Origin: Verrucomicrobiota bacterium
Lineage (GTDB): Bacteria > Verrucomicrobiota > Verrucomicrobiia > Limisphaerales > DSYF01
Direction of reading: 5' to 3'
Length of the DNA stretch: 64,000 nt
Assembly (NCBI GenBank): GCA_025457615.1
Contig: JALOTZ010000013.1
Location: forward strand, 785 to 64,784
In this document: one piece after another, positions 25,653 through 37,331 of the stretch
How the letters are laid out: every line of letters starts with the position of its first letter
Position numbering within the stretch: position 1 is the first letter of the stretch
The notes under the pieces: generated by a model
Told to the model about the DNA's origin: nothing
Databases searched by the model: none
What the model saw: only the letters and a program-made list of their open reading frames with translations
Translations under genes and position numbers: made by a program

Positions 25653-26501
25653 TCAAGACTTGATGTCGCGGCAGTGGAATCCGGCCAAACCGACGAGAAA
25701 GGCGGTGAGGTTGACGCCCAGCAGGATGCCCAGGCTCTGGCCGAGTCGGAGCCAGTCCACCGGCGTCTGAAAGACTAGCAGCCAGCCCCGGAAATGATGG
25801 GTGAGGCACAACTCCTTGTACTCCTCGAAGAAGGGCATGGCTTCCATGACCAGGTTGAGCAACAGGAACGACAGCGCCAGGATCGTTGCAGCCGCGGGTT
25901 TCATGTTGAAGCTGGAGAACAGGAACGCCAGGCCGAACATCGTGCAGGCGTTGATGGCCAGAATCAGGTGCGACGCCCCGTAATAGGCCAATCCCTCCCA
26001 TCCGGTGAAGATGCCGAAGACCCGGACCGGACCCGGCGCAAACACGAACAGTCCACCCCAAGGAAACCAGAGCCGGGCAAACAGCACAGCCATCACCCCG
26101 AGTGACGCCACCAACACCACGCAGAAAACCATCCCCGCCAGCCACTTGAGCGTGAGCAGCCGCACCCGCGAGATCGGACGGCACAAGATCATCCGCAGCG
26201 TGCCTTCCTCGGATTCCTTGGCCACCATGTCCCCGCCTACCAGGCAGGCGTAGAGGGGCATCAACAGGATGATTTGCGGAATGAGCATCAGGACCGCCAC
26301 GGTGAGCGCCGAGATGAATTCCTCGGCCAGATAGCCGTTGCCCTCGAGCAACCGGGCCGTGCCCTGCTGCCAATCTGAAAAGTGGAACGCCAGCAACATG
26401 GCATTCTGCGCCACCAGAAAGGTGCCAAACCCAATGTAGGTGCGCTTCTTGCCGAAGAGCTTCCACAGCTCGTTGCCCAACTGGCGCAGGAACAAGTTCA
26501 T
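25653..26501 (-). CDS. ABC-2 type transporter permease (NosY-like), paralogue of 2955-3728
   Basis: 282-aa polytopic membrane protein with KESEEGTLRMILCRPISRVRLLTLKW. ATGA overlap with the upstream ATPase gene. Confidence 0.8.
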   Translation of the reverse strand: MNLFLRQLGNELWKLFGKKRTYIGFGTFLVAQNAMLLAFHFSDWQQGTARLLEGNGYLAEEFISALTVAVLMLIPQIILLMPLYACLVGGDMVAKESEEGTLRMILCRPISRVRLLTLKWLAGMVFCVVLVASLGVMAVLFARLWFPWGGLFVFAPGPVRVFGIFTGWEGLAYYGASHLILAINACTMFGLAFLFSSFNMKPAAATILALSFLLLNLVMEAMPFFEEYKELCLTHHFRGWLLVFQTPVDWLRLGQSLGILLGVNLTAFLVGLAGFHCRDIKS

Positions 26502-27472
26502 GTCCGATCCCCTCCCATCTCGCTGGTTCCGCGAAGCCCATCGGAAACGGGTCCCGGACAGCCGGGTTGCCGGGTCCGCGCCACACCGGATCCCATGATC
26601 GCCAGGTAGAAGTCCTCCAGCGTCTGTTCCTGCGGACTGATTTCGTAAACCGCCCGCCCTTGCGCCACCAAGGCGCGCACGACCTCTTCAACCCCGACGC
26701 CCTCGGCCAGCCGGATGGAGTCTCCGTTCCGTTGATCCACGACCAGCCCCTGCTCCAGCAGTCGGGCCGCCGCCAGCTCAAAGGCATCCGAGCGCAGCCG
26801 CACCCATCCCTGTTGCCGCGTGGCTTCCACCACAGTGCCGGAAAAGACCAGGCACCCCGCTTTGAGCACGGCGATGCGTCCGCAAACCTGTTCGACCTCG
26901 GTCAGCAGATGGGAGGAGAGGAGGATGGTCAGGTTGAACTCGCCATGCAGGCGCCGGATCATCCCGCGCAACTCATGCAGGCCCTCCGGATCCAGGCCGT
27001 CGCCCGGTTCGTCCAGAATCAGCAGACGGGGATCCGGCAGGAGCGCCTGGGCCAGCGCCAACCGGGTGCGCATGCCATGCGAATAGGTGCGCAACTTCGA
27101 ATGGGACCGCGACGACAACCCCACCCAGTCGAGCACTTCACGGATGCGCGCCGGCGGCGTGGGGCCGGTGTAGTGGCTGAGAATCTCCAGGTTTCGGTAA
27201 CCGCTCAGGTAGTCGTAGAACACCGGCGTCTCGAAGATGGCCCCCACCCGAGCGAGTGCCCGCTGTCGATCGCCCAGCACATCGTGACCGTCGATGCTGG
27301 CACGACCCGAGGTGGGCCACACTTGGCCGAGCAGAATCCCGATAGCCGTGCTCTTGCCCGCGCCGTTGTGCCCGAGCAGTCCAAAGATCTCACCCGCCGG
27401 GATGTCCAGCGTGAGGTCATCCAGGGCCAGGCGTTGGCCAAAGCGTTTGGTGATTCCGCAAAACGAGATCAT
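26498..27472 (-). CDS. ABC transporter ATP-binding protein
   Basis: Walker [11 protein letters not shown], signature [12 protein letters not shown], Walker [13 protein letters not shown], plus a C-terminal accessory domain. 4-nt overlap with the upstream prepilin-type gene. Confidence 0.9.
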   Translation of the reverse strand: MISFCGITKRFGQRLALDDLTLDIPAGEIFGLLGHNGAGKSTAIGILLGQVWPTSGRASIDGHDVLGDRQRALARVGAIFETPVFYDYLSGYRNLEILSHYTGPTPPARIREVLDWVGLSSRSHSKLRTYSHGMRTRLALAQALLPDPRLLILDEPGDGLDPEGLHELRGMIRRLHGEFNLTILLSSHLLTEVEQVCGRIAVLKAGCLVFSGTVVEATRQQGWVRLRSDAFELAAARLLEQGLVVDQRNGDSIRLAEGVGVEEVVRALVAQGRAVYEISPQEQTLEDFYLAIMGSGVARTRQPGCPGPVSDGLRGTSEMGGDRT

Positions 27473-28260
27473 GGGCGGGCGCCGACGGTTCCCTCGACGG
27501 CCAGCAGGTTCTTGATATGGCCATCGGCATAAAGGTAGTTCAACTCGCGCCCCGGCCCGCGCGCCGCATGAAATGCCTCCTTGTCAAACATCACCGGCAC
27601 CTGCGTGGGCGCGAACTCGAACGTGAAAATCCGCAGCCGGTCGGCATTCTGCCCGTTGAGCAGGCTGTTCCAGGAATAGCTCGACCCCGTCCGCTCAAAC
27701 AGTACCTGACGGTCCGATGGACACCGCAGCACGGCCAGATTCCCCAACTCCCGCGCCAACACCCGATCCACGCTGGGAAACCCATTGGTCAAGGGCTCGT
27801 CCGGAATGCGATCCCGGATGTAGGGCATCCGATTGCCGTGCTCCTGCACGTGAATTTGCAGAGCCAGGCCAGCCTGCCGGAGGTTGCCGAGACACGCCGT
27901 CCCGCGTGCCGATTCCCTGGCCTTGCCGAACGCCGGCAACAGCAGCGCCGCCAGAATCCCGATGATGGCGATCACCACCAGCAACTCGATCAGCGTAAAG
28001 GCGCCGACGCGCCCGGGGAACGACTCCCCAACCAAGCGACCGCGCCCGAAGACCGTCAATCCGTTGCGGAGGATCTCGGCTTTATGAGCCGCAGCCGCCT
28101 CGAAGGGCGGATGGGGGAGCAAACCTTGGTGGACGCCGGACCTGGCGCTGCCGCTGCGCGTCGCCCGTCCTCCGTAACAGAGCCTCTGCGGGAAATGGAC
28201 GGACCGGCACTCCGGAACGACAGGTTCAGGGGCAGGCATTCGGAAATCGGCGGCCGCCAT
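27469..28260 (-). CDS. prepilin-type N-terminal cleavage/methylation domain protein (pseudopilin-like, DUF1559-like)
   Basis: [47 protein letters not shown] is the class-III signal/pilin N-terminus. C-terminus ...[12 protein letters not shown]. The ATG at 28260 lies 1 nt after the upstream stop but gives an atypical ~87-aa leader. In-frame TTG codons at 28059 or 28035 would give conventional 20- or 12-aa leaders. Confidence 0.75.
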   Translation of the reverse strand: MAAADFRMPAPEPVVPECRSVHFPQRLCYGGRATRSGSARSGVHQGLLPHPPFEAAAAHKAEILRNGLTVFGRGRLVGESFPGRVGAFTLIELLVVIAIIGILAALLLPAFGKARESARGTACLGNLRQAGLALQIHVQEHGNRMPYIRDRIPDEPLTNGFPSVDRVLARELGNLAVLRCPSDRQVLFERTGSSYSWNSLLNGQNADRLRIFTFEFAPTQVPVMFDKEAFHAARGPGRELNYLYADGHIKNLLAVEGTVGARP

Positions 28261-28261
28261 A

Positions 28262-28882
28262 TTACCTCTCTCGTTCCTGCATCAAGCGCCCGCTCTCCAT
28301 CAGCCGCTGCATCTCTTCCAGCACTGGCGCCAGCTCGGCCTTGGTCTGGGCGGAACTTTCGCTGTAGAAAGCTTTCATCCCCAACTGGACAATCTGCCGC
28401 TGCATCTCCTCGCTCAACACCACTCGGTTGGTGGGGAGCGGTGTGGTGCCGGAGCGGATCTCCGTCCCCGCCTCCCGCAGCCGCCTCACGGAATCCTCCA
28501 CCGCCCGCCGCCGCTTCTCTTCGGGCAAGGCTTCGAAAGCGTCCAGCATCTGCTTCACCCCGCCTGGAAGTGTCTGCTCGACAAACCACAGCTTCTCGGC
28601 ATCTGTCATCTGCTCGAACAACCGTTCCCAGGCCTGTCCCAATCGCACCGCACGCCGCTCCTCGTAACCCAGCGCATTGAGCTGCCTGGCCAGCCGTTCC
28701 AAGGCCGCCCGCCGCGCCGCGGGTGAAAGCCCGTCCAGCTCCAGCGAACTGGCATAGGCTCTCACTTTCTCCGGTGTCGGACGCCAGGCCGCCGCAATCT
28801 GGTACCCCGCCAGCACGGCGCCCCAGAGGCAGACCAGCGCAAGACCTGCCCAGACAAAGACGCGATAACGGGATGTGGTCAT
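28262..28882 (-). CDS. hypothetical membrane-anchored helical protein (206 aa)
   Basis: N-terminal TM helix ([26 protein letters not shown]), then charged helical sequence ([28 protein letters not shown]...[17 protein letters not shown]). No family recognised. First gene of the operon. Confidence 0.6.
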   Translation of the reverse strand: MTTSRYRVFVWAGLALVCLWGAVLAGYQIAAAWRPTPEKVRAYASSLELDGLSPAARRAALERLARQLNALGYEERRAVRLGQAWERLFEQMTDAEKLWFVEQTLPGGVKQMLDAFEALPEEKRRRAVEDSVRRLREAGTEIRSGTTPLPTNRVVLSEEMQRQIVQLGMKAFYSESSAQTKAELAPVLEEMQRLMESGRLMQERER

Positions 28883-28981
28883 GGCTTGCTCAGGGACGAC
28901 GGTGCCACCTCCACAAAGCTTACGCCACCCCTGAGTACAACGTGTTCAATGTCTCCTGGGCTTCCAAGCTTTCATTCCCAC

Positions 28982-29009
28982 TTGCTTTGAACCGGTTCAG
29001 CCCTAATTT
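28982..29009 (+). promoter_or_regulatory. candidate gcvP promoter with a 12-bp perfect palindrome in the spacer
   Basis: TTGCTT (28982-28987), 16 nt spacer, TAATTT (29004-29009). The spacer begins with TGAACCGGTTCA (28988-28999), a perfect palindrome. Confidence 0.35.
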
Positions 29010-29072
29010 CCCCCTGCGCGCGCCCGGGGCTTTCCGGCCAAAGGCGTCTCCCTTCGCACCCGGAACAACGAC

Positions 29073-31949
<2,877 letters not shown>

Positions 31950-32153
31950 TGCAAAATCGATTCCACGTAGAGACGCCACAGCACGAAGCCACAACGGTTT
32001 GGAAATCCCGATGGCCCTTTCTGGGCGAAACCCTTTGGCAGCGGCTGCCTTCCCACATGGGATCCGCGTTCAAGGTCGTTCTCCACTCTTCGCCCCGCCC
32101 TCCTTGCGCCCGGTCGTTGAATTCCGGCTGAAGTTGGGGTATCAAGGGCGCAG

Positions 32154-32597
32154 ATGAAAATCACGGAAGCCTTGATTGCGGAACATGGCGTCTTTCACGG
32201 TCTGTTCGACTACATCGAGCGCACCACGCCCAGTCTGAAAACCCTGGCGGAAGTCAAAGCGGTCGCCGGACTTCTCGATGCCACCCTCGTTCCGCATTCC
32301 CGGGTCGAGGAGGAGCTGTTCATCGAGCCGTTGGATCATTGCATGGATCAACTGGGCCAGACCAAGCACTTTCACGGCGAGCACGAGGAGATCGAGGCCA
32401 CCCTGGCGAAGATCCAACAATGCAAGAGCGCCGCATCCGCGCGGAACCTGCTGCTCGACGCCGTGCGCGCCTGCCGAAGCCACTTCGACAAGGAGGAGCG
32501 CATTGTCTTCCCCATGGGCGAACGATTGCTCAAGGCCAAGACCCTCAATGCCCTCGGCGGCGAATGGCAGAAGCGTCGCGAGGCTGCCACCTGGTAG
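32154..32597 (+). CDS. hemerythrin (HHE cation-binding) domain protein
   Basis: LIAEHGVFHGLFDYIE...HSRVEEELFIEPL...HFHGEHEEIEATL...HFDKEERIVFPM shows the His/Glu spacing typical of hemerythrin-like domains. Confidence 0.7.
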   Translation: MKITEALIAEHGVFHGLFDYIERTTPSLKTLAEVKAVAGLLDATLVPHSRVEEELFIEPLDHCMDQLGQTKHFHGEHEEIEATLAKIQQCKSAASARNLLLDAVRACRSHFDKEERIVFPMGERLLKAKTLNALGGEWQKRREAATW

Positions 32598-32634
32598 CGC
32601 GCCACCCCTCGCCAGGCTGTCTTGCCCAGCCCAA

Positions 32635-33507
32635 TCACCCTGGTCGCACCGCAATGCGCGAGGCCAGGCGGGACCCAATGCTCTTGAGCTGCAGGCGCAC
32701 CTGACGCGAGAGTTCGCGTGCTGAGGGCAGTTGCCGACCCACAACCACAAGCCGGTTTTCATAATCCGTGAAGTGCACCACGCGGGACGCCAGACCTTTG
32801 CACACCACACGCTGGATACCCTCCCGCCACGAAGCCCCCCGCAGGCGCCGATGGGAAGAGGGTTCCCGCCCCGCTTGGGATGAGGCTGGCCTCCTCACAC
32901 CGGCGCCTGCCAAACGGCGGGGCTCTGCAGCCAGCCGTGCGCTTGCGACGGCCTCTTCCCAGGTCACCGGTTCTGGACGCAGCAAGTTGAAGAGAGCCAC
33001 GCCTTCCCGGCACAGCCGCCGATGGATCAGCGGCGGGAGATCCGACCAGGTCACCGATGGCTTGAACACATCCGAGTCCCGCGCGATGGACAGGTCCTCG
33101 ATCACCGCCTCATATCGGCGGGGGTTGCACCTCAGCCAGTCGCAGGCCTCAGCCCGTTGAAACCGGACTTCACCCGCCCAGCGACCGCCCCAACGCCGGA
33201 AAAGTCGCCAGCCGGAATCGTCGAGGTCCACCGCATCCACAACCTGCGCGCCCCCCATGGCGCGCAGCGGCGCCAGTGTGCCGCCGGCGGCGAATCCCAA
33301 CATGGCCACGCGCGGGCCCGCCCTCAGGGCTTGCAGCACCGCCGCAATCACGTCCGCCACACTGTGGGTCGGGCCGGGGTGAGATCGAACTTCACTTAAC
33401 ACCGTGCCGTGCTGAACCAGTCGAATGCCGCCCCGCGTGGAAATGACCCGATAATCCCGGGCAACACCCCCAGGCGAACCCCGCCTTTGGATCGGTTTCG
33501 TGTTCAT
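32635..33507 (-). CDS. spermidine-synthase-like / class I methyltransferase-fold protein
   Basis: Start trimmed to MNTKPIQRRG (ATG at 33507) because the track ORF overlaps bioB. RVAMLGFAAGGTLAPL...VDAVDLD...YEAVIEDLS resembles the SAM/polyamine-synthase fold. The C-terminal third is low-complexity. Confidence 0.5.
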   Translation of the reverse strand: MNTKPIQRRGSPGGVARDYRVISTRGGIRLVQHGTVLSEVRSHPGPTHSVADVIAAVLQALRAGPRVAMLGFAAGGTLAPLRAMGGAQVVDAVDLDDSGWRLFRRWGGRWAGEVRFQRAEACDWLRCNPRRYEAVIEDLSIARDSDVFKPSVTWSDLPPLIHRRLCREGVALFNLLRPEPVTWEEAVASARLAAEPRRLAGAGVRRPASSQAGREPSSHRRLRGASWREGIQRVVCKGLASRVVHFTDYENRLVVVGRQLPSARELSRQVRLQLKSIGSRLASRIAVRPG

Positions 33508-33622
33508 GGCCGCAAAGGAGCCGGACGTCTTGTCCGCCTCAAACCATCGGATGGGACATCCGGCGGAGCACCGCTCGATGCGCCGGCCGTCACTCACGCC
33601 GACCAGACGGACTTCACCGCTG

Positions 33623-34681
33623 TCATCGATGTTCCTGGTCGCTGAACCCGTGCCTATCCCAGGCAGGATCCAGACCCAGATCACGGATCATCTGCAAGTC
33701 CTTCTCGACGGGCTGATTGATCGTGGTCAGGTAGTTGCCCACCATCATGGCGCTGGCGCCGGCGGTGAAGATCATGCTCTGGAGGTCGCGCAGATTCACC
33801 GTCCGCCCCCCGGCCACCATGATCTCCTGCCGGGGCAGAATCATGCGGAAGCAGGCGATGGTCTTGAGGATTTCCATGGGCGGCAACGGCTCCCGACCTT
33901 CAAACGGTGTGCCCGGAATCGGATTCAGGATGTTGATGGGCACGATGTGGGCGCCCACTTCGCGCAGGCTGAACGCCAAGTCGCAGCGGTCTTCCCGCGT
34001 CTCGCCCAGGCCCAGGATGCCGCCCGAGCAAATCTTGATGCCGGCCTGCTTGAGATAGCCAATGGTTCGCAGCCGGTCTTCGTAGGTGTGCGTGGTGCAC
34101 TGTTCGGGAAAGAACCGGCGCGAGGTCTCCAGGTTGTGATTGTAGCATTCAACCCCAGCCGCCTTGAGGCGGTCCGCCACCGTCTGGCTGCCCAGAATCC
34201 CCAAAGAGGCATCCGGCCGGACCCTGCCGCTGTCCCGCAATTCCTCGAACCGACGACACACCTCCTCGAGCATCGGACCCTCGTTGAGCCCCTTCCACGC
34301 GGCCACCAGCCCAAGCCCCACCACACCGTTGGCCCGGGCTTCCTCGGCAGCCTGAAGCACCGGCTCGGGATCCACAAAGCCGTATTGAGGCGAACCCGTC
34401 TGGTAGAACGCCGACTGCGCGCAGAACTTGCAGTCCTCGGAGCAACGGCCTGCCTTCGCATTAATGATGCTGCACAGGTGAACCTTGCGCCCCTTGAATC
34501 GTTCGCGAACCCGGTTGGCCCATGCCATTAAGTCGAAGATGTCCGCGGAGCTTTCCAGCTCGAACAGGAACATCGCCTCCTCACGCGAAATCCGCCCCTC
34601 CTCCAACACCCGCTGGCCGATGGCCGCTAGGCGCGCGCGCGTCCGATCGTCAACCAATGTGGCCGTCATGCTTGACAGCAT
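33623..34681 (-). CDS. bioB: biotin synthase
   Basis: Radical-SAM triad CSEDCKFCAQS. Also VGLGLVAAWKG, YNHNLETS and ICSGGILGLGET, typical of BioB. Confidence 0.9.
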   Translation of the reverse strand: MLSSMTATLVDDRTRARLAAIGQRVLEEGRISREEAMFLFELESSADIFDLMAWANRVRERFKGRKVHLCSIINAKAGRCSEDCKFCAQSAFYQTGSPQYGFVDPEPVLQAAEEARANGVVGLGLVAAWKGLNEGPMLEEVCRRFEELRDSGRVRPDASLGILGSQTVADRLKAAGVECYNHNLETSRRFFPEQCTTHTYEDRLRTIGYLKQAGIKICSGGILGLGETREDRCDLAFSLREVGAHIVPINILNPIPGTPFEGREPLPPMEILKTIACFRMILPRQEIMVAGGRTVNLRDLQSMIFTAGASAMMVGNYLTTINQPVEKDLQMIRDLGLDPAWDRHGFSDQEHR

Positions 34682-34723
34682 AAGGACCGCGGCGTGAGAG
34701 AGGCAAGCGCGGGAATCGCAGCT

Positions 34724-35284
34724 TCAGCGGGGGAGGATCAGCCCGAGAATGTTCTGCTTGGACACGGGGCCGTAGGTGCGGCTGTCCACGGAGATGGGAC
34801 GGTTGTCGCCGAGAACGAAATACTCGTTTTGGCCGCACTGGAACACCTGTTCACCCGCGGACACCTTGCCGAACGTCAGGACGCCCTCCGGCAGATAAGG
34901 CTCGTCCAGTTCCCTGCCGTTTACGAACACCCTGCCCCCCTTCAAGGTCACGGTTTCACCTTCCGTGGCGACAATTCGTTTGACAGAGAACCCATGGTCG
35001 TCCGGATCGGAGATGACCACCACCTCGTTCCGCTGGGGAGCGCGAAACAGGTAAACCCATTTCTTAAGGAGATAATGGTCGGCTGGATGGAGAGTGGGCA
35101 CCATGCTCTCACCCATGACTTCCACGACCTGGACGCCCAACCGGCTGAATGCGAAATAGCTCAGGCACACCAAGCCCACCAAGACCGCCCACTGCACCGT
35201 GTTCAACGGCCTGCGACCTCGGTTCCCGGACACCCCGGCCCGCTCTGGGCTGAGTCGCTTGGTCTGCGTGCTTTGTTCGCTCAT
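34724..35284 (-). CDS. lepB: signal peptidase I
   Basis: TM anchor, then GESMVPTL (catalytic Ser box), VKRIVATEGETV (Lys box), YFVLGDNRPISVDSR. Confidence 0.9.
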   Translation of the reverse strand: MSEQSTQTKRLSPERAGVSGNRGRRPLNTVQWAVLVGLVCLSYFAFSRLGVQVVEVMGESMVPTLHPADHYLLKKWVYLFRAPQRNEVVVISDPDDHGFSVKRIVATEGETVTLKGGRVFVNGRELDEPYLPEGVLTFGKVSAGEQVFQCGQNEYFVLGDNRPISVDSRTYGPVSKQNILGLILPR

Positions 35285-35687
35285 TCAAAGTCCTGAGGTT
35301 CGGGGCGTTGCATGCACAGGTTTCTCCATCCTGCCGATCAGCGCAAGGTTGCGGATCACGGAAGCCCACTCAGCAGAAGTCCGGAGGACTCGCCAGCTTC
35401 AGCCCGGCCCAACCCGGCGCAGAGGGTCTTCCTCATCTGATGCAACGCGAGACCGTCCGGGTTGAACGGACCGGGACAAGGTCTTTCGATGCCGACAGAC
35501 ACCCCGCTATCGATCGGCTTTGCCTCGCTTTGCTCCAGCAGAACCACGGCCGGCTGTCCACCCCTCCATTTGGCAGCAATGCTGCTGGAAATCGGCCCGG
35601 AAAAACCGGATCTGCCTCGCAACGGATGGCAGGACCTGGACATAAGCAACGACCTGATCCAGAGTCGCTTCCGGCCAGCCAAAGCAT

Positions 35688-36443
35688 ATGAAACATTCGA
35701 AGCTCCTGTCCGCCCTGCTGTGCGGACTGTCCACATTTCTTCTGGCGGCGCAGCCGCGCACTCCCACCCACGTCTCGCTCGATGTTGAGGTGGGGCGAGG
35801 CGCTGCCAAGCAGACATCAACCGCCACCGAGGCCGGCACTAAAGAGCCGGAGGCGAAGCCGGACATCAACGAGATCGTCCGCACGACCACCGTGTTCACC
35901 AACAGCGTGGGCCTGGTCCTGAAGAAGGTCGGCGACCTCTGGGTCAGCGCATCTGAGACCACCCAGGATGCCTATCAGGAGGTGACCGGAGCCAACCCCA
36001 GCGTGTTCACCGGCAAGAAGCGCCCGGTGGATTCGGTGAGTTGGAACGATGCGACGGACTTCTGCGACAAACTCACGGCGCATGAGAAGGACAAGGACAT
36101 GCTCCCGGACGGCTACCGCTACGCCTTGCCCACGCAGGCACAGTGGGATTCTTTGGCGGCGGGCATTCCGCTCGCAGACGCCGTCACCAGTTCGGCCTCG
36201 TCCCGATCCGGGACCGCTGAGGTTGGCAGCCTGCCAGCCACGGCAGGCGGCCTTTTTGATCTTCGAGGCAATGTGGCTGAATGGAGTGCCGACCCCACCG
36301 ACGGGCCCTTCCGGGTGCTCCGCGGGGGCACCTGGGAAGACTGGATCGAAATCAATCTGCGTCCGGAGTTCCGCATCTATGCGCCCCCCAACGAGGCCAA
36401 GAACACCTACGGTTTCCGTTGTGTTTTGATCCAGCGCAAGTAG
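35688..36443 (+). CDS. secreted SUMF1/FGE (formylglycine-generating enzyme) family domain protein
   Basis: Signal peptide MKHSKLLSALLCGLSTFLLAAQP. Also PVDSVSWNDATDFCDKLT...YRYALPTQAQWD...GNVAEWSADP...RVLRGGTWED...YGFRCVL. Confidence 0.8.
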   Translation: MKHSKLLSALLCGLSTFLLAAQPRTPTHVSLDVEVGRGAAKQTSTATEAGTKEPEAKPDINEIVRTTTVFTNSVGLVLKKVGDLWVSASETTQDAYQEVTGANPSVFTGKKRPVDSVSWNDATDFCDKLTAHEKDKDMLPDGYRYALPTQAQWDSLAAGIPLADAVTSSASSRSGTAEVGSLPATAGGLFDLRGNVAEWSADPTDGPFRVLRGGTWEDWIEINLRPEFRIYAPPNEAKNTYGFRCVLIQRK

Positions 36444-36584
36444 TCCGGGGCCCATTCCAGGGAGGTTCTGAACCGAAGACCTCCTTCCCCCCTCACCTCT
36501 CGCTTGGGATCCCGCGCTTGCGGGCCCAGGGCTTACGGAAGGCAGAACTACACACGAACGCTCACGACAACTCCGCCCGTGAGT

Positions 36585-37265
36585 TCACGCAGCTACAGCG
36601 GTCTTTGCGCGCGCGCCTTCCACCGCCTTGCGCAGTTGGGCGACGGCTCGGCGGAGGCTGCGCTTCTGAAACAAGTCGCTGCCGCTGACAAAGACATCCG
36701 CCCCCGCATGCGCGCATTCCCGCGCGGTCGTCAGATTGATTCCCCCATCCACCTCGATGTGAAAATCGGCGGACTTTTCCGCGCGCCAGACGGCGGCCTT
36801 TTCAATCTTGGGCAGGGCCTCATGGATGAAGTCCTGCCCTCCGAATCCCGGATTCACGGTCATCACCAGCAGCGTATCGATCATGCCCAGGTAAGGCCGC
36901 ACCATGGAGATGGCGGTGGGAGGGTTCAGGGCCAACCCCACTTTTCGTCCCAGTGATCGGATTTTCCAAAGCAGGTCGGAAACCTTGTCCGCCAACTCGA
37001 CATGCACGGTGATCTGGTCCGCGCCGGCCTTGCAAAACGCGTCCAGCAAAACCTCCGGCTTCGAACACATCAGGTGCACGTCCAAAAACATCTTGGTTTG
37101 CGCACGAACGACCTTCACCACCCCGGGACCGAACGAGATGTTCGGAACGAAGTTCCCGTCCATGATGTCCAGGTGAGCCCAGTCGGCTCCGGACCGGGCG
37201 ACGCGTTGGGCTTCCCGGGCGAACTTGCCGAAATCTGACGCCAGCAATGACGGCGCAATAAGCAT
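36585..37265 (-). CDS. rpe: ribulose-phosphate 3-epimerase
   Basis: MLIAPSLLASDFGKFAREAQ...ADWAHLDIMDGNFVPNISFGP...DVHLM...LVMTVNPGFGGQ. Confidence 0.93.
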   Translation of the reverse strand: MLIAPSLLASDFGKFAREAQRVARSGADWAHLDIMDGNFVPNISFGPGVVKVVRAQTKMFLDVHLMCSKPEVLLDAFCKAGADQITVHVELADKVSDLLWKIRSLGRKVGLALNPPTAISMVRPYLGMIDTLLVMTVNPGFGGQDFIHEALPKIEKAAVWRAEKSADFHIEVDGGINLTTARECAHAGADVFVSGSDLFQKRSLRRAVAQLRKAVEGARAKTAVAA

Positions 37266-37331
37266 GCGCCCACGCTAGAGGTAAGGCCGCTGTCTGGTCA
37301 ACTTCGCCAAGCGTCGGATCGGGCGCGGAGT

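Noticed and set aside
28883-29072. Glycine riboswitch upstream of gcvP.
   Set aside because: None of the conserved aptamer strings are visible on the plus strand (see the corresponding finding).
35375-35520. RNase P RNA. GAAGTCCGGAGGAC (about 35385) resembles the P4 5' strand GGAAAGUCCGG, and ACAGACACCCCGCTATCG (about 35497) loosely resembles ACAGAACCCGGCUUA.
   Set aside because: The two strands cannot form P4 (CCCGCUA versus the required CCGGCUU). They are only ~110 nt apart, far too short for the specificity and catalytic domains, and no GGUAA/GNRA modules are seen.
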